Shown piece after piece: positions 55,500 through 64,000 of a DNA stretch of 64,000 nt. Numbering within the stretch: position 1 is the stretch's first letter; each line of letters begins with the position of its first letter. The notes under the pieces are model-generated. The model made no database searches, was not told the DNA's origin, and was given only the letters and a program-made list of their open reading frames with translations. Origin of the DNA: an uncultured virus (IMG/VR IMGVR_UViG_3300031951_000036) (taxonomy: Duplodnaviria > Heunggongvirae > Uroviricota > Caudoviricetes); the IMG/VR virus record IMGVR_UViG_3300031951_000036. The stretch is one strand, 5' to 3'. The position numbers and the translations under genes are program-made.

Positions 55500-57482
55500 A
55501 TGAGACAGCGCAAGTTCTGGATAATGGACTATGAAACCATTGTCAACTGCTTTATTGCTGTCTATGAGGACATGAACAGTGAAGAGCGCCATGTATTCGT
55601 GGTAAGTCCTTACCGCAATGACATGCGTGCCTTCACCGAGTTCCTCTTAGAGTCTAAGGCAATGGGTGACTGGCACTTAGGTTTCAACAACTTAGCGTTT
55701 GACGCGCAAATTACAGAGTACATCCTGGCCAACCAGGAAATGTTCTGTAGGGCAGATATTGATGCGGATGTATATACATCCCTCATTTATCAGTATGCCC
55801 AATCAGTGATTGAGAAATCACGCAACAACGAGTTCCTTGACTATCCAGAATTTAAACTGTCCATACCCTGTGTGGATATTTTCAAGCTCAACCACTGGGA
55901 CAACCGTGCCAAAAGCACCAGTCTCAAGTGGGTCCAGTTCTCTATGGACTGGAAGAACGTAGAGGAGATGCCTCATGCTCACTATGACCTGGTGCGTGAC
56001 CGCGTAACCCAGGATATGGTGATCAGCTACTGTATCAATGACGTGCAAAGTACCAAAGCCGTGTTCAACCTGACCAATCCTAAGGGAGAAAAGGTCATGG
56101 TCTCGCAAATTAACCTGCGGGCAGAACTCAGCAAGAAGTACAACGTGCGTCTGTACAGCGCGTCTGAGCCTAAAATATCCAAAGAAATCTTCCTGCACTT
56201 CCTAAGTGAGAAGCTTGGGATGGACAAGAAGGTTATCCGCAACATGCGCACCCCGCGTGATCAGGTGGTAGTCCGCGACATCCTGCTACCTTACATTGAG
56301 TTCCAAACTCCAGAGTTTATTTCTGTCCACAACTGGTTTAAAAGCCTGGTGGTGGACACGACCATTGACCTGGAGGAACTGGAGCGCAAGAAGAAAGGAC
56401 CCAGCTACAGGATGAACTATCGCAAGGTACCCACTGATTACGCGCTGGGTGGTCTGCATGGCTGCATCGCTTCTGGTGTGTATGAAGCCGGTAATGGGAA
56501 GAAGATCATATCTGCGGATGTGACCAGCTTCTACCCCAACCTAGCCATTCGCAACAAGTGGTCACCTGCGCATTTACCCAAAGAGGAATTTTGTGAGTTG
56601 TATGAGTGGATGTTTGAGGAACGTAAGAAGTATGACAAGAAAAACCCATTGAACTACCTGTTCAAGATTATCCTGAACGCTACCTATGGTCTGAGCAAGG
56701 AGAGACATTCTTTCCTGTATGACCCGGAGCTGACATTCAGGATCACCATCAACGGACAGCTGCTGCTGAGTATGCTCTATGAGATGCTGGCTACCAGGAT
56801 TCCTGGAGCACAACCGCTGATGCAGAACACCGATGGTCTGGAGTTCATGATCGATGAAGAACATGAAGAGCTGTTCTACCAAGTCTGCAAGGAGTGGGAA
56901 ACCATGACTTCCCTGCAACTGGAAACTGTTGAGTACAGCAAGATGATCATTGGCGATGTGAACAACTACATCGCAGTATATACCGATAGCAAGACCAAGT
57001 GCAAGGGTCGTTTTGAATTTAACGAGCTGCCCTTACACAAAAACAAAAGTATGCTTATCATACCCAAAGCATGGTATGCTTACTTTATCCATGGCACAGA
57101 CCCCAAGACTTTCCTGTCACAGAACAGGGACATCCATGACTACTGCGCAGGTGCAAAATTGAAGGGCGACTGGTTCTTCATTAAACAACATGTAGAAGGC
57201 GGTGCGTACAAAGAAGAAACGCTTAAGAAACTGGTCCGCTACTACAATTCCAAGCGTGGCTGCAAGCTGCTCAAAGCCAACCCGGACGGGCGCAAGATGC
57301 AGCTGGAAAGCGGCAGCGTCCACCAGTCCATATTCAACAAGTACCAGGAGAAATCCTGGGAGGAATATGAAGTGGATGAGCGCTACTACCTAGACAAAAT
57401 CTATGATGAAATAGCCAAGATTGAAAAGAAAGCACCTGTATTACCAGCACATTTAGTAAACCAACAATTAAGTCTGTTTTAA
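55500..57482 (+). CDS. polB: DNA polymerase family B
   Basis: Exo DYE / FNNLAFD / YCINDV; pol SADVTSFYPN, KIILNATYG, NTDG. Confidence 0.92.
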   Translation: MRQRKFWIMDYETIVNCFIAVYEDMNSEERHVFVVSPYRNDMRAFTEFLLESKAMGDWHLGFNNLAFDAQITEYILANQEMFCRADIDADVYTSLIYQYAQSVIEKSRNNEFLDYPEFKLSIPCVDIFKLNHWDNRAKSTSLKWVQFSMDWKNVEEMPHAHYDLVRDRVTQDMVISYCINDVQSTKAVFNLTNPKGEKVMVSQINLRAELSKKYNVRLYSASEPKISKEIFLHFLSEKLGMDKKVIRNMRTPRDQVVVRDILLPYIEFQTPEFISVHNWFKSLVVDTTIDLEELERKKKGPSYRMNYRKVPTDYALGGLHGCIASGVYEAGNGKKIISADVTSFYPNLAIRNKWSPAHLPKEEFCELYEWMFEERKKYDKKNPLNYLFKIILNATYGLSKERHSFLYDPELTFRITINGQLLLSMLYEMLATRIPGAQPLMQNTDGLEFMIDEEHEELFYQVCKEWETMTSLQLETVEYSKMIIGDVNNYIAVYTDSKTKCKGRFEFNELPLHKNKSMLIIPKAWYAYFIHGTDPKTFLSQNRDIHDYCAGAKLKGDWFFIKQHVEGGAYKEETLKKLVRYYNSKRGCKLLKANPDGRKMQLESGSVHQSIFNKYQEKSWEEYEVDERYYLDKIYDEIAKIEKKAPVLPAHLVNQQLSLF

Positions 57483-57487
57483 AAACT

Positions 57488-58297
57488 ATGAAAAGGACTA
57501 TCAAAGGCATGCCTGCGTATGCCACCATTATAGGAGCGACGCTTCCTGAACGCACTAAATCCTACACCCCTATTGCTCACACTTCTGTAATCAACCGTGT
57601 GAGAAGCGAAATCACTAACGCGGGGTATGTCATCACCGGTGAAGACTATCGTTGCTCCAACAACGGTGAAATCGCCACAGGTTCATTCCGCCTTAACTAC
57701 AAGGCGGACATGGACATTGAACTGTCTGCCAACTTCATGAACTCCTACAACAAGCAGTACGCCTTCAGGTTTAACCTGGGCGGCATGGTAAAGGTCTGCA
57801 TGAACGGCATGATGATCAACAACAATAAGTTTGGTAGCTACCGTCGTGTTCACACCGGAGCTGCTGACCTGTTGGCTGAAGGTCACATCTCAGAATACAT
57901 CAAGCAGTCTGAGGAGTATTGGAACACCCTGGTCCGTCACAAAGACAACATGAAGGACCACACCCTGACCCGCACAGAACGCCACAACATCCTGGGAGAG
58001 TTGTTCTTTAACCAGAATGTGCTCAACGGCATGCAGATGGGTATTGTCAAAAGCGAGCTCAGCAAGCCCAGCTTTGACTACAAAGTGGACCCAGACTGTG
58101 CATGGGCACTATACAACCACATTACCTTGGCTCTGAAAGAAGGCCACCCGGCTGACTGGATGAACGACCAAGGCAAAGTTCACCAGGTCTTTGATGACCT
58201 GTTACACCTGGAGCCTAAGACGGCTTCTTTGCCTGACGCAACACCCCTAACCTGTATACCTAAAGCTGAAGAGCTGGCTGCAGAAGCGGGATTCTAA
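57488..58297 (+). CDS. DUF932-like protein
   Basis: YTPIAH, NSY, VCMNG, WALYNHIT. Confidence 0.6.
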   Translation: MKRTIKGMPAYATIIGATLPERTKSYTPIAHTSVINRVRSEITNAGYVITGEDYRCSNNGEIATGSFRLNYKADMDIELSANFMNSYNKQYAFRFNLGGMVKVCMNGMMINNNKFGSYRRVHTGAADLLAEGHISEYIKQSEEYWNTLVRHKDNMKDHTLTRTERHNILGELFFNQNVLNGMQMGIVKSELSKPSFDYKVDPDCAWALYNHITLALKEGHPADWMNDQGKVHQVFDDLLHLEPKTASLPDATPLTCIPKAEELAAEAGF

Positions 58298-58348
58298 ACC
58301 TGAAAGTACCGGTCACATTTGGTGGCCGGTCTTTCTTATCTACTACCT

Positions 58349-58507
58349 ATGAAGAAAGACATGATATATGAGGAGTTCTGCAAGGTAGCAGAGCGACCCT
58401 CCCGCACCAACAAAGTGTTTCTCTTGATGCGTTACCTCAGGCTGAAGTACCGGATCAACATTGACAAGACAAGCTTAGTTAAACGCATTAAGACCTGGAC
58501 CAAATGA
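58349..58507 (+). CDS. Small basic protein
   Basis: RYLRLKYRINI; ATGA overlap. Confidence 0.5.
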   Translation: MKKDMIYEEFCKVAERPSRTNKVFLLMRYLRLKYRINIDKTSLVKRIKTWTK

Positions 58508-59193
58508 ACACCAACCTCATCGGAATCAGCGGAAAGATCGGTTGCGGCAAAGACACTGTGGCTACTATCATCCAGTACCTGACACTGGAAAAAGAAGTAT
58601 TCAGCTTGACCAATAAAAATATACTTGCTGACATGTCATATAATGGATATGTAGCCAGCAAGTCCCGCTACAAAGTCAAGAAGTTTGCAGGTAAACTCAA
58701 AGACATAGCCTCTATCCTTACAGGCGTTCCTGTAGAAAAGTTTGAAGACCAGGAGTTTAAGAAAGAAGACCTAGGTGTAGAATGGGCTTACGCTTATCCT
58801 GGAGCGTATTATGACGACGGTGAGCCTGTAATGGTACGTATGTCTGTTAGACAACTACTACAAAAACTGGGCACAGAAGCCATGCGCAACGGACTGCACA
58901 ACAACGTGTGGGTCAACGCATTGTTTGCTGACTACAAACCTATAAAGCTTTCCCAAGACGACCCCAGCTACTGGCTGGTGACTGACACGCGCTTCCCCAA
59001 TGAGGCTGACGCCATTACTGAGCGCGGTGGAATCCTGCTGCGCATTGAGCGTCCCGGTACATCCACCGGTGACCACCCGTCTGAGACGGCACTTGACGAC
59101 TACCCGTTTGAACATGTGATCATGAACGACGGTGACTTAAACGACCTGATCAACAAGGTCAGGGATTTCTTAACTCAACAAAACATTATCTGA
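58504..59193 (+). CDS. Deoxynucleoside monophosphate kinase
   Basis: GISGKIGCGKDT, FAGKLK, RQLLQKLGTE, DTRFPNE, HPSE. Confidence 0.88.
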   Translation: MNTNLIGISGKIGCGKDTVATIIQYLTLEKEVFSLTNKNILADMSYNGYVASKSRYKVKKFAGKLKDIASILTGVPVEKFEDQEFKKEDLGVEWAYAYPGAYYDDGEPVMVRMSVRQLLQKLGTEAMRNGLHNNVWVNALFADYKPIKLSQDDPSYWLVTDTRFPNEADAITERGGILLRIERPGTSTGDHPSETALDDYPFEHVIMNDGDLNDLINKVRDFLTQQNII

Positions 59194-59194
59194 T

Positions 59195-59740
59195 ATGGGA
59201 CTAGATATGTACCTCACCAAGAAAACATACATTGGTGCTGAATACGAACACCGCGACGTGAAAGCAGAAGTCAACATTACCATCATGGGCGAGCCTGTGA
59301 AGATTGACCCTAAGAAAATTACCTACATCCAAGAGTCTGCCGCCTACTGGCGCAACGCCAATCTCATCCATGATTGGTTTGTGCAGAATGTACAGGATGG
59401 TGAAGACGACTGCAAAGAGTATTATGTATCCAAAGAAAACTTGCAGGAGCTGCTGGATACTTGCAAAACAGTGGCTAAATCTCTGAAAGATTCGCCAGTG
59501 ACCAAAAAGAAAGAAAAGGTTGGATTCAAAGATGGCGAAGACCTGTATGAAGAGTTTGATGTGTTTACCAACACAGAAGTGGCTGAAGAGCTGTTGCCTA
59601 CGTCACCAGGATTTTTCTTTGGTAGCACAGAATACGGTCGCTACTACTTGGAAGAGCTTGAAGGCACCATCAAAGTTCTGGAAGACCTGCTAGACAGCAC
59701 TGACACGCGCTCTGAATTTTACTACCAAGCTTCATGGTAA
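59195..59740 (+). CDS. Conserved phage protein
   Basis: MGLDMYL...YWRNAN.IH.WF...LLPT..GFFFG...YYQASW. Confidence 0.65.
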   Translation: MGLDMYLTKKTYIGAEYEHRDVKAEVNITIMGEPVKIDPKKITYIQESAAYWRNANLIHDWFVQNVQDGEDDCKEYYVSKENLQELLDTCKTVAKSLKDSPVTKKKEKVGFKDGEDLYEEFDVFTNTEVAEELLPTSPGFFFGSTEYGRYYLEELEGTIKVLEDLLDSTDTRSEFYYQASW

Positions 59741-59757
59741 AAAATAACACCAACACT

Positions 59758-60084
59758 ATGAGACACTATATCATGGATACTGCAGATGACAGTATCAAGT
59801 ATTACCTTGACCAATTTGTAGATGACCAGACCGGTCATGACGTGTGCAGGCTCAGCTACAGCAACAGTGAATGCTGGCATGAACCTGTCAGAGGACAGAC
59901 TATCTTGACCGTGACCAATGACGGCAATGGGTTTAAGATCAAGTGGGAAGAGAAACCTGAGAAGAACCGCCTGGATTATTCCCAGATGCGTGAGCTTCAG
60001 TTGGTGTTGAACATTATCCAAAAGTACAACCCTGTTGACAATCCTGCTATGGTGCTGCACCACAATGAAATGATGCGCATGTAA
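59758..60084 (+). CDS. Hypothetical protein
   Basis: ATG 59758. Confidence 0.5.
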   Translation: MRHYIMDTADDSIKYYLDQFVDDQTGHDVCRLSYSNSECWHEPVRGQTILTVTNDGNGFKIKWEEKPEKNRLDYSQMRELQLVLNIIQKYNPVDNPAMVLHHNEMMRM

Positions 60085-60154
60085 GCACAAAACCCCCACC
60101 GTTGTGAGGGCTTTGCGGAAGAAACCAACTATAAACAAACTACTGAAGTAGTCT

Positions 60155-60814
60155 TTAGCTTAAGCTTTTGAGCATCTCCACTATCTTTGGATGTGGGTAG
60201 ATGTCCACTTTGTCCTTGCGGACTGAGTTATGGGTGAACACTCCTGCCTCTCCTCTGAGAGCGCGGGGTGTTACATCCCAGATGTCTTCTTGGTAAGTCA
60301 GCGGGATACCGTATCTTTCTTTCCACAACAGCAGCAATTGCTTCACTGACTCAATCTGTTTGTCGGTATAGCTGTGGTAGAACTTAAATCCTTTGTAGGG
60401 AGTAGCCAGTTCACACACCTGGTCTGCGGGCACTTCTTTTCCTACATAGTTATAAAACTTACCATTGGTCTGTGTAAGCTGTCCCCAGTTACAAATCTCT
60501 ATACCAATGCTGGTTTTGTCCAGTGCTTTGTAAGGAACTCTATGTGCAGTAAACACATCCTGTTTAACTCCCAGGTGATATGCCCAGAACTTAGAGGAGA
60601 ATCCTTGCACAATCTGGCCGTCCAGTTCAGGTTTGCCAGCAATCTTTCCAGAGATTGTAACGCATGTGGCTATACGATCAGGATTGGCTGCCCAACCTTT
60701 GAATGTGGCTTCACCATCAGCATTACCTGCAGTATGATGAATGTATATCTGTGTCTTTGGATGTTCCTCCTGCATGTATTGTGCAGCAGGAAACTCTATT
60801 TGTCTGATGTTCAT
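60155..60814 (-). CDS. Endolysin, N-acetylmuramoyl-L-alanine amidase
   Basis: IYIHHTAG, WAYH, SIGIEICN, FTH...DKVD. Confidence 0.85.
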   Translation of the reverse strand: MNIRQIEFPAAQYMQEEHPKTQIYIHHTAGNADGEATFKGWAANPDRIATCVTISGKIAGKPELDGQIVQGFSSKFWAYHLGVKQDVFTAHRVPYKALDKTSIGIEICNWGQLTQTNGKFYNYVGKEVPADQVCELATPYKGFKFYHSYTDKQIESVKQLLLLWKERYGIPLTYQEDIWDVTPRALRGEAGVFTHNSVRKDKVDIYPHPKIVEMLKSLS

Positions 60815-60818
60815 AAGG

Positions 60819-61442
60819 TTAGCGTTTAAAAGAAATTTTCCAGTAGGATGATAGTGAGTAGGTCATGACACCCCGTGTGTCTAGTCCTACACCTAATCCA
60901 AAGATTTGGTCCTTTTTGTTTTTGAACAGCATGCCTGCCTGTACACTTGAAACAGAAACAGGATAGGTGGCACCAACAGCACCACCTATGTACACCTGTC
61001 TCTTCGGGGGTAGAGGAATAGTTTTAGTGACTGTGATAATAGGGATCTTGTAATTATGGGAGTATGTGCGTAGCGCAAGCATGTTCTTACGCACCGTGTC
61101 TGTGAGAACAACGATGCCTAAACTGTCCAGTATAATGGTATCACGGTATATGTTCTTTGATGCGTACAGATGTACCAGGTCTTCATATTGTTTCTTGAGC
61201 TTATCATAATTGGTATCAGGGATCATCCAAGGTTCTTTGACATACTCAGTGTCAATCTTTACTCTGGTGACTACCTTGGTTTCTGTACGGGTAATGTACT
61301 TGTAGGCTGTGTCTACTTCCACACCTGGCTTTACAGGAGGAGTAGGTTCAGGACAACCTGGTGTGCAGGCGCGTTGCAGTAAAATAATAAAAACCAGGAC
61401 CAGAATGATCCCGGTAAAGAAGCTGGTTTTGCGGTCTATCAT
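60819..61442 (-). CDS. Membrane-anchored lysis-cassette protein (spanin-like candidate)
   Basis: N-terminal TM, beta-rich C-terminus ending in aromatic strand; between holin and endolysin. Confidence 0.45.
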   Translation of the reverse strand: MIDRKTSFFTGIILVLVFIILLQRACTPGCPEPTPPVKPGVEVDTAYKYITRTETKVVTRVKIDTEYVKEPWMIPDTNYDKLKKQYEDLVHLYASKNIYRDTIILDSLGIVVLTDTVRKNMLALRTYSHNYKIPIITVTKTIPLPPKRQVYIGGAVGATYPVSVSSVQAGMLFKNKKDQIFGLGVGLDTRGVMTYSLSSYWKISFKR

Positions 61443-61447
61443 AGGGG

Positions 61448-61912
61448 TTAGATATCAGGAGTAGGCTCTTTCTTCTTGCTCTTGGACTTAGGCTCTGCGT
61501 CTCCACCAATAGCATCTCTTAGGTCATCGCTTTTGCGTCCAATGAGAACTTTAATGCGACTCCAGATGTCCTGCTTGGTAACAGCCTCAATGCTTTCTAT
61601 AATGCTCTTGAACTCAATAATGGCAATCACAGTACCTATCAGCTTGGCTATAGGTAGTATCTCTGTAAGTACATACTTCTCAATCAAAAATCCTGAGATG
61701 ATGGCCAATTGATAAAGCAACAACTTGGTGACGGTGTCACTCATCCTGCGAGAGCGGATGCGTTGTTTGAGTTTAAGGGCCTTCCAGATGCCAACCACCA
61801 GGTCAGCTGCTACCAGAAATCCTACGGTGAGCATAAGCTCTTTGATCGGTAACAAGATGGACAAGCCTGCTAGTAACCAGATCTTGGTTTTCATAAGAAA
61901 TGCAAAGTTCAT
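61448..61912 (-). CDS. Holin
   Basis: ADLVVGIWKA...IRSRRM...IEFKSIIE; three TM segments. Confidence 0.7.
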   Translation of the reverse strand: MNFAFLMKTKIWLLAGLSILLPIKELMLTVGFLVAADLVVGIWKALKLKQRIRSRRMSDTVTKLLLYQLAIISGFLIEKYVLTEILPIAKLIGTVIAIIEFKSIIESIEAVTKQDIWSRIKVLIGRKSDDLRDAIGGDAEPKSKSKKKEPTPDI

Positions 61913-62116
61913 AGTGTAAGGATAAAAAGATAACCTCCACCACCCTCTACAAGAATATACGGAATAATCAGAGACAAAAGTCACTTTCAAAAACTTAATT
62001 GGTTATGCACACTATGTATACAATTTATTTTGTAGACTATATATGCAGGTCTACAGATTGCGATTTATATTTGCAGCCCTCTATACGAAAACACACTAAC
62101 TCTTAATCCCAACCTT

Positions 62117-64000
62117 ATGGCAGAAACACCCATCAGCCCTGGGGACTTGTCGTCTCCAATACCCTGGGGCCCAGTAGGTTACGTTACCTACAAGCGCACC
62201 TATTCGCGCCCAACAAAGAATGGAAAAACAGAAGAATGGCAGGACACCATTGAGCGTGTCATTACCGCCTGCAGAGATCAACTAAATGTAGGTTTTACTT
62301 CTGCTGAAGAAGACAGGGTTCGTCACATGATGATGAACCTCAAAGGAACTGTGGCAGGACGTTTCCTGTGGCAGTTAGGTACAAAAACGGTAGACACCCT
62401 TGGTCTGCCTTCATTACAGAACTGTGCGTTTGTTGTCGTGGACGCGCCTATCAGACCCTTTACCTGGACGTTTGAGATGCTGATGCTGGGCTCAGGTGTT
62501 GGATTCAACATCCAGCGCGAGCACGTATACCAGATTCCCAAGGTTGTTGGTAAGGTGACCATTGAGCGCAAGGATGTGAACGACGCTGACTTCATCGTCC
62601 CAGATTCCCGTGAGGGTTGGGTAGAGCTACTGCGTCGCGTGCTAGAAGCATCGTTTGTAACCGGTAAAGGATTCAGCTTTGCCACCCACCTCATTCGCTC
62701 CAAAGGTTCACCCATCAAAGGTTTTGGCGGGGTAGCTTCTGGACCGGAAGACCTGGTCCATGGCATGCAGCAGATTAACAAACTGTTGAACGCCCGTGCC
62801 GGTCAGCGTGTACGTCCCATTGACTGCCTAGACATCATGAACATCATTGGCAGCATCGTTGTGGCCGGTAATGTTAGACGCTCTGCGCAGATTGCCCTGG
62901 GGGATTATGATGACTTTGAGTTCCTGCGCGCCAAGCGTTGGGATCTGGGTGGCATTCCCAACTGGAGAGCGATGAGCAATAACTCCGTGATCTGTGACGA
63001 TGTGACCAAGTTGCCAGAAGAGTTCTGGGAAGGGTACAAGGGTAACGGTGAGCCCTATGGACTCATCAACCTGGAAGCTGCCCGTCGTATGGGTAGAACC
63101 GGGGAGACCCACTATCCAGACCCAGATGTCATGGGATTCAATCCCTGTGCAGAACAATCCCTGGCCAACTTTGAGACCTGCTGTCTGGCAGAGATTTACC
63201 TGCCTAATATCACCAGCCTGAGTGAATTGATCGATGTAGCTACATTGCTGTATCGCATCAACAAGCACTCTCTGGCCATCAAGTGTGTAGTCCAAGAGAC
63301 AGAAGACATCGTCCACCAGAACATGCGCATGGGTATTGGAGTGACCGGGTATCTGCAAGCTACTGAAGAACAGAAGTCTTGGTTATCCAGCTGCTACCAT
63401 TACCTAAGGGGTTATGACAAGGAGTACAGTCTTTACCACGAGTTTAACCCGTCTATCAAACTGACTACTGTCAAGCCTTCAGGTACCTTGAGTTTGCTGG
63501 CCGGAGTCACGTCTGGTGCTCACCCAGGATACTCCCAGTACTACATCCGTCGCATCCGCATGGCTTCTGACAGCCCGATTGTGGACACTTGTCGCAGCCA
63601 CGGTTATCACGTGGAGTACCAGCGCAAGTTTGACGGTACAGAAGATCATGGAACAGTGGTGGTGTCATTCCCTTGTAAGTTTCCTGAAGGAACCATGCTG
63701 GCAAATGACATGACCGCCATTGACCAACTTGAAGTCATCAAGCGTTTGCAGGCCGAGTGGTCTGACAACGCAGTATCTGTGACCATCTACTACCGCAAGC
63801 ATGAGCTGGATGATATCCGCAAATGGCTTGCTGACAACTATGTGAATGTAAAGAGTGTATCCTTCCTGTTGCACAACGAGCATGGGTTTGACCAGGCTCC
63901 GCTGGAGGAGATCACAAAAGAAAAGTACAACGAGCTTTCTGCAGGTGTAAAAACCATCTCCAGCTTTGATGAGACCATCAACCTGAATGATTTAGACATC
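62117..64000 (+). CDS. nrdJ: Class II (B12-dependent) ribonucleotide reductase, truncated by window end
   Basis: Not in ORF track; read manually: YKRTYSR, AGRFLWQLG, LQNC, AGNVRRSA, GFNPCAEQ, TTVKPSGT. Confidence 0.9.
   Translation, partial: MAETPISPGDLSSPIPWGPVGYVTYKRTYSRPTKNGKTEEWQDTIERVITACRDQLNVGFTSAEEDRVRHMMMNLKGTVAGRFLWQLGTKTVDTLGLPSLQNCAFVVVDAPIRPFTWTFEMLMLGSGVGFNIQREHVYQIPKVVGKVTIERKDVNDADFIVPDSREGWVELLRRVLEASFVTGKGFSFATHLIRSKGSPIKGFGGVASGPEDLVHGMQQINKLLNARAGQRVRPIDCLDIMNIIGSIVVAGNVRRSAQIALGDYDDFEFLRAKRWDLGGIPNWRAMSNNSVICDDVTKLPEEFWEGYKGNGEPYGLINLEAARRMGRTGETHYPDPDVMGFNPCAEQSLANFETCCLAEIYLPNITSLSELIDVATLLYRINKHSLAIKCVVQETEDIVHQNMRMGIGVTGYLQATEEQKSWLSSCYHYLRGYDKEYSLYHEFNPSIKLTTVKPSGTLSLLAGVTSGAHPGYSQYYIRRIRMASDSPIVDTCRSHGYHVEYQRKFDGTEDHGTVVVSFPCKFPEGTMLANDMTAIDQLEVIKRLQAEWSDNAVSVTIYYRKHELDDIRKWLADNYVNVKSVSFLLHNEHGFDQAPLEEITKEKYNELSAGVKTISSFDETINLNDLDI

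Noticed and set aside
62096..63883. Minus-strand ORFs at the right end, and long antisense ORFs elsewhere (e.g. 2039..2737, 29875..30432)
   Set aside because: Shadows of well-supported genes on the opposite strand
1..64000. Stop-codon reassignment as in some crAss-like phages
   Set aside because: Terminase, portal, MCP, PolB and others are full length in the standard code; no suppressor (CTA/TCA) tRNA seen

Overview
64 kb of a crAss-like (Crassvirales-type) phage genome, standard genetic code, host probably Bacteroidota (TAnnTTTG promoters, no Shine-Dalgarno, IntDOT-type integrase). 0.1-18.2 kb, minus strand: head/packaging module (terminase, portal, major capsid, IHF-like, GroES-like), interrupted by an ATE/Bpt-like aminoacyl-transferase gene and a tRNA-flanked Acb2/Tad1-like + Tad2-like pair. 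18.3-44.5 kb, plus strand: accessory region with many small ORFs, MoxR-vWA, an SPL-like radical SAM enzyme, iteron-like repeats, a 1.3-kb tRNA/structured-RNA cluster, and a tyrosine integrase beside a tmRNA-3'-end-like att sequence. 44.6-60.1 kb, plus strand: replication genes (SF2 helicase, UDG, DnaB, primase, PolB, dNMP kinase). 60.1-61.9 kb, minus strand: lysis cassette. From 62.1 kb: class II ribonucleotide reductase running off the end. The most unusual signal is non-coding: a ~200-nt ornate RNA present twice 18 kb apart with compensatory base changes, tRNA-shaped RNAs with replaced anticodon arms (one with perfectly complementary kissing loops), and further stem-closed RNA modules. Protein family calls come from motif recognition by eye, and RNA pairings were read manually; no searches or folding programs were run.
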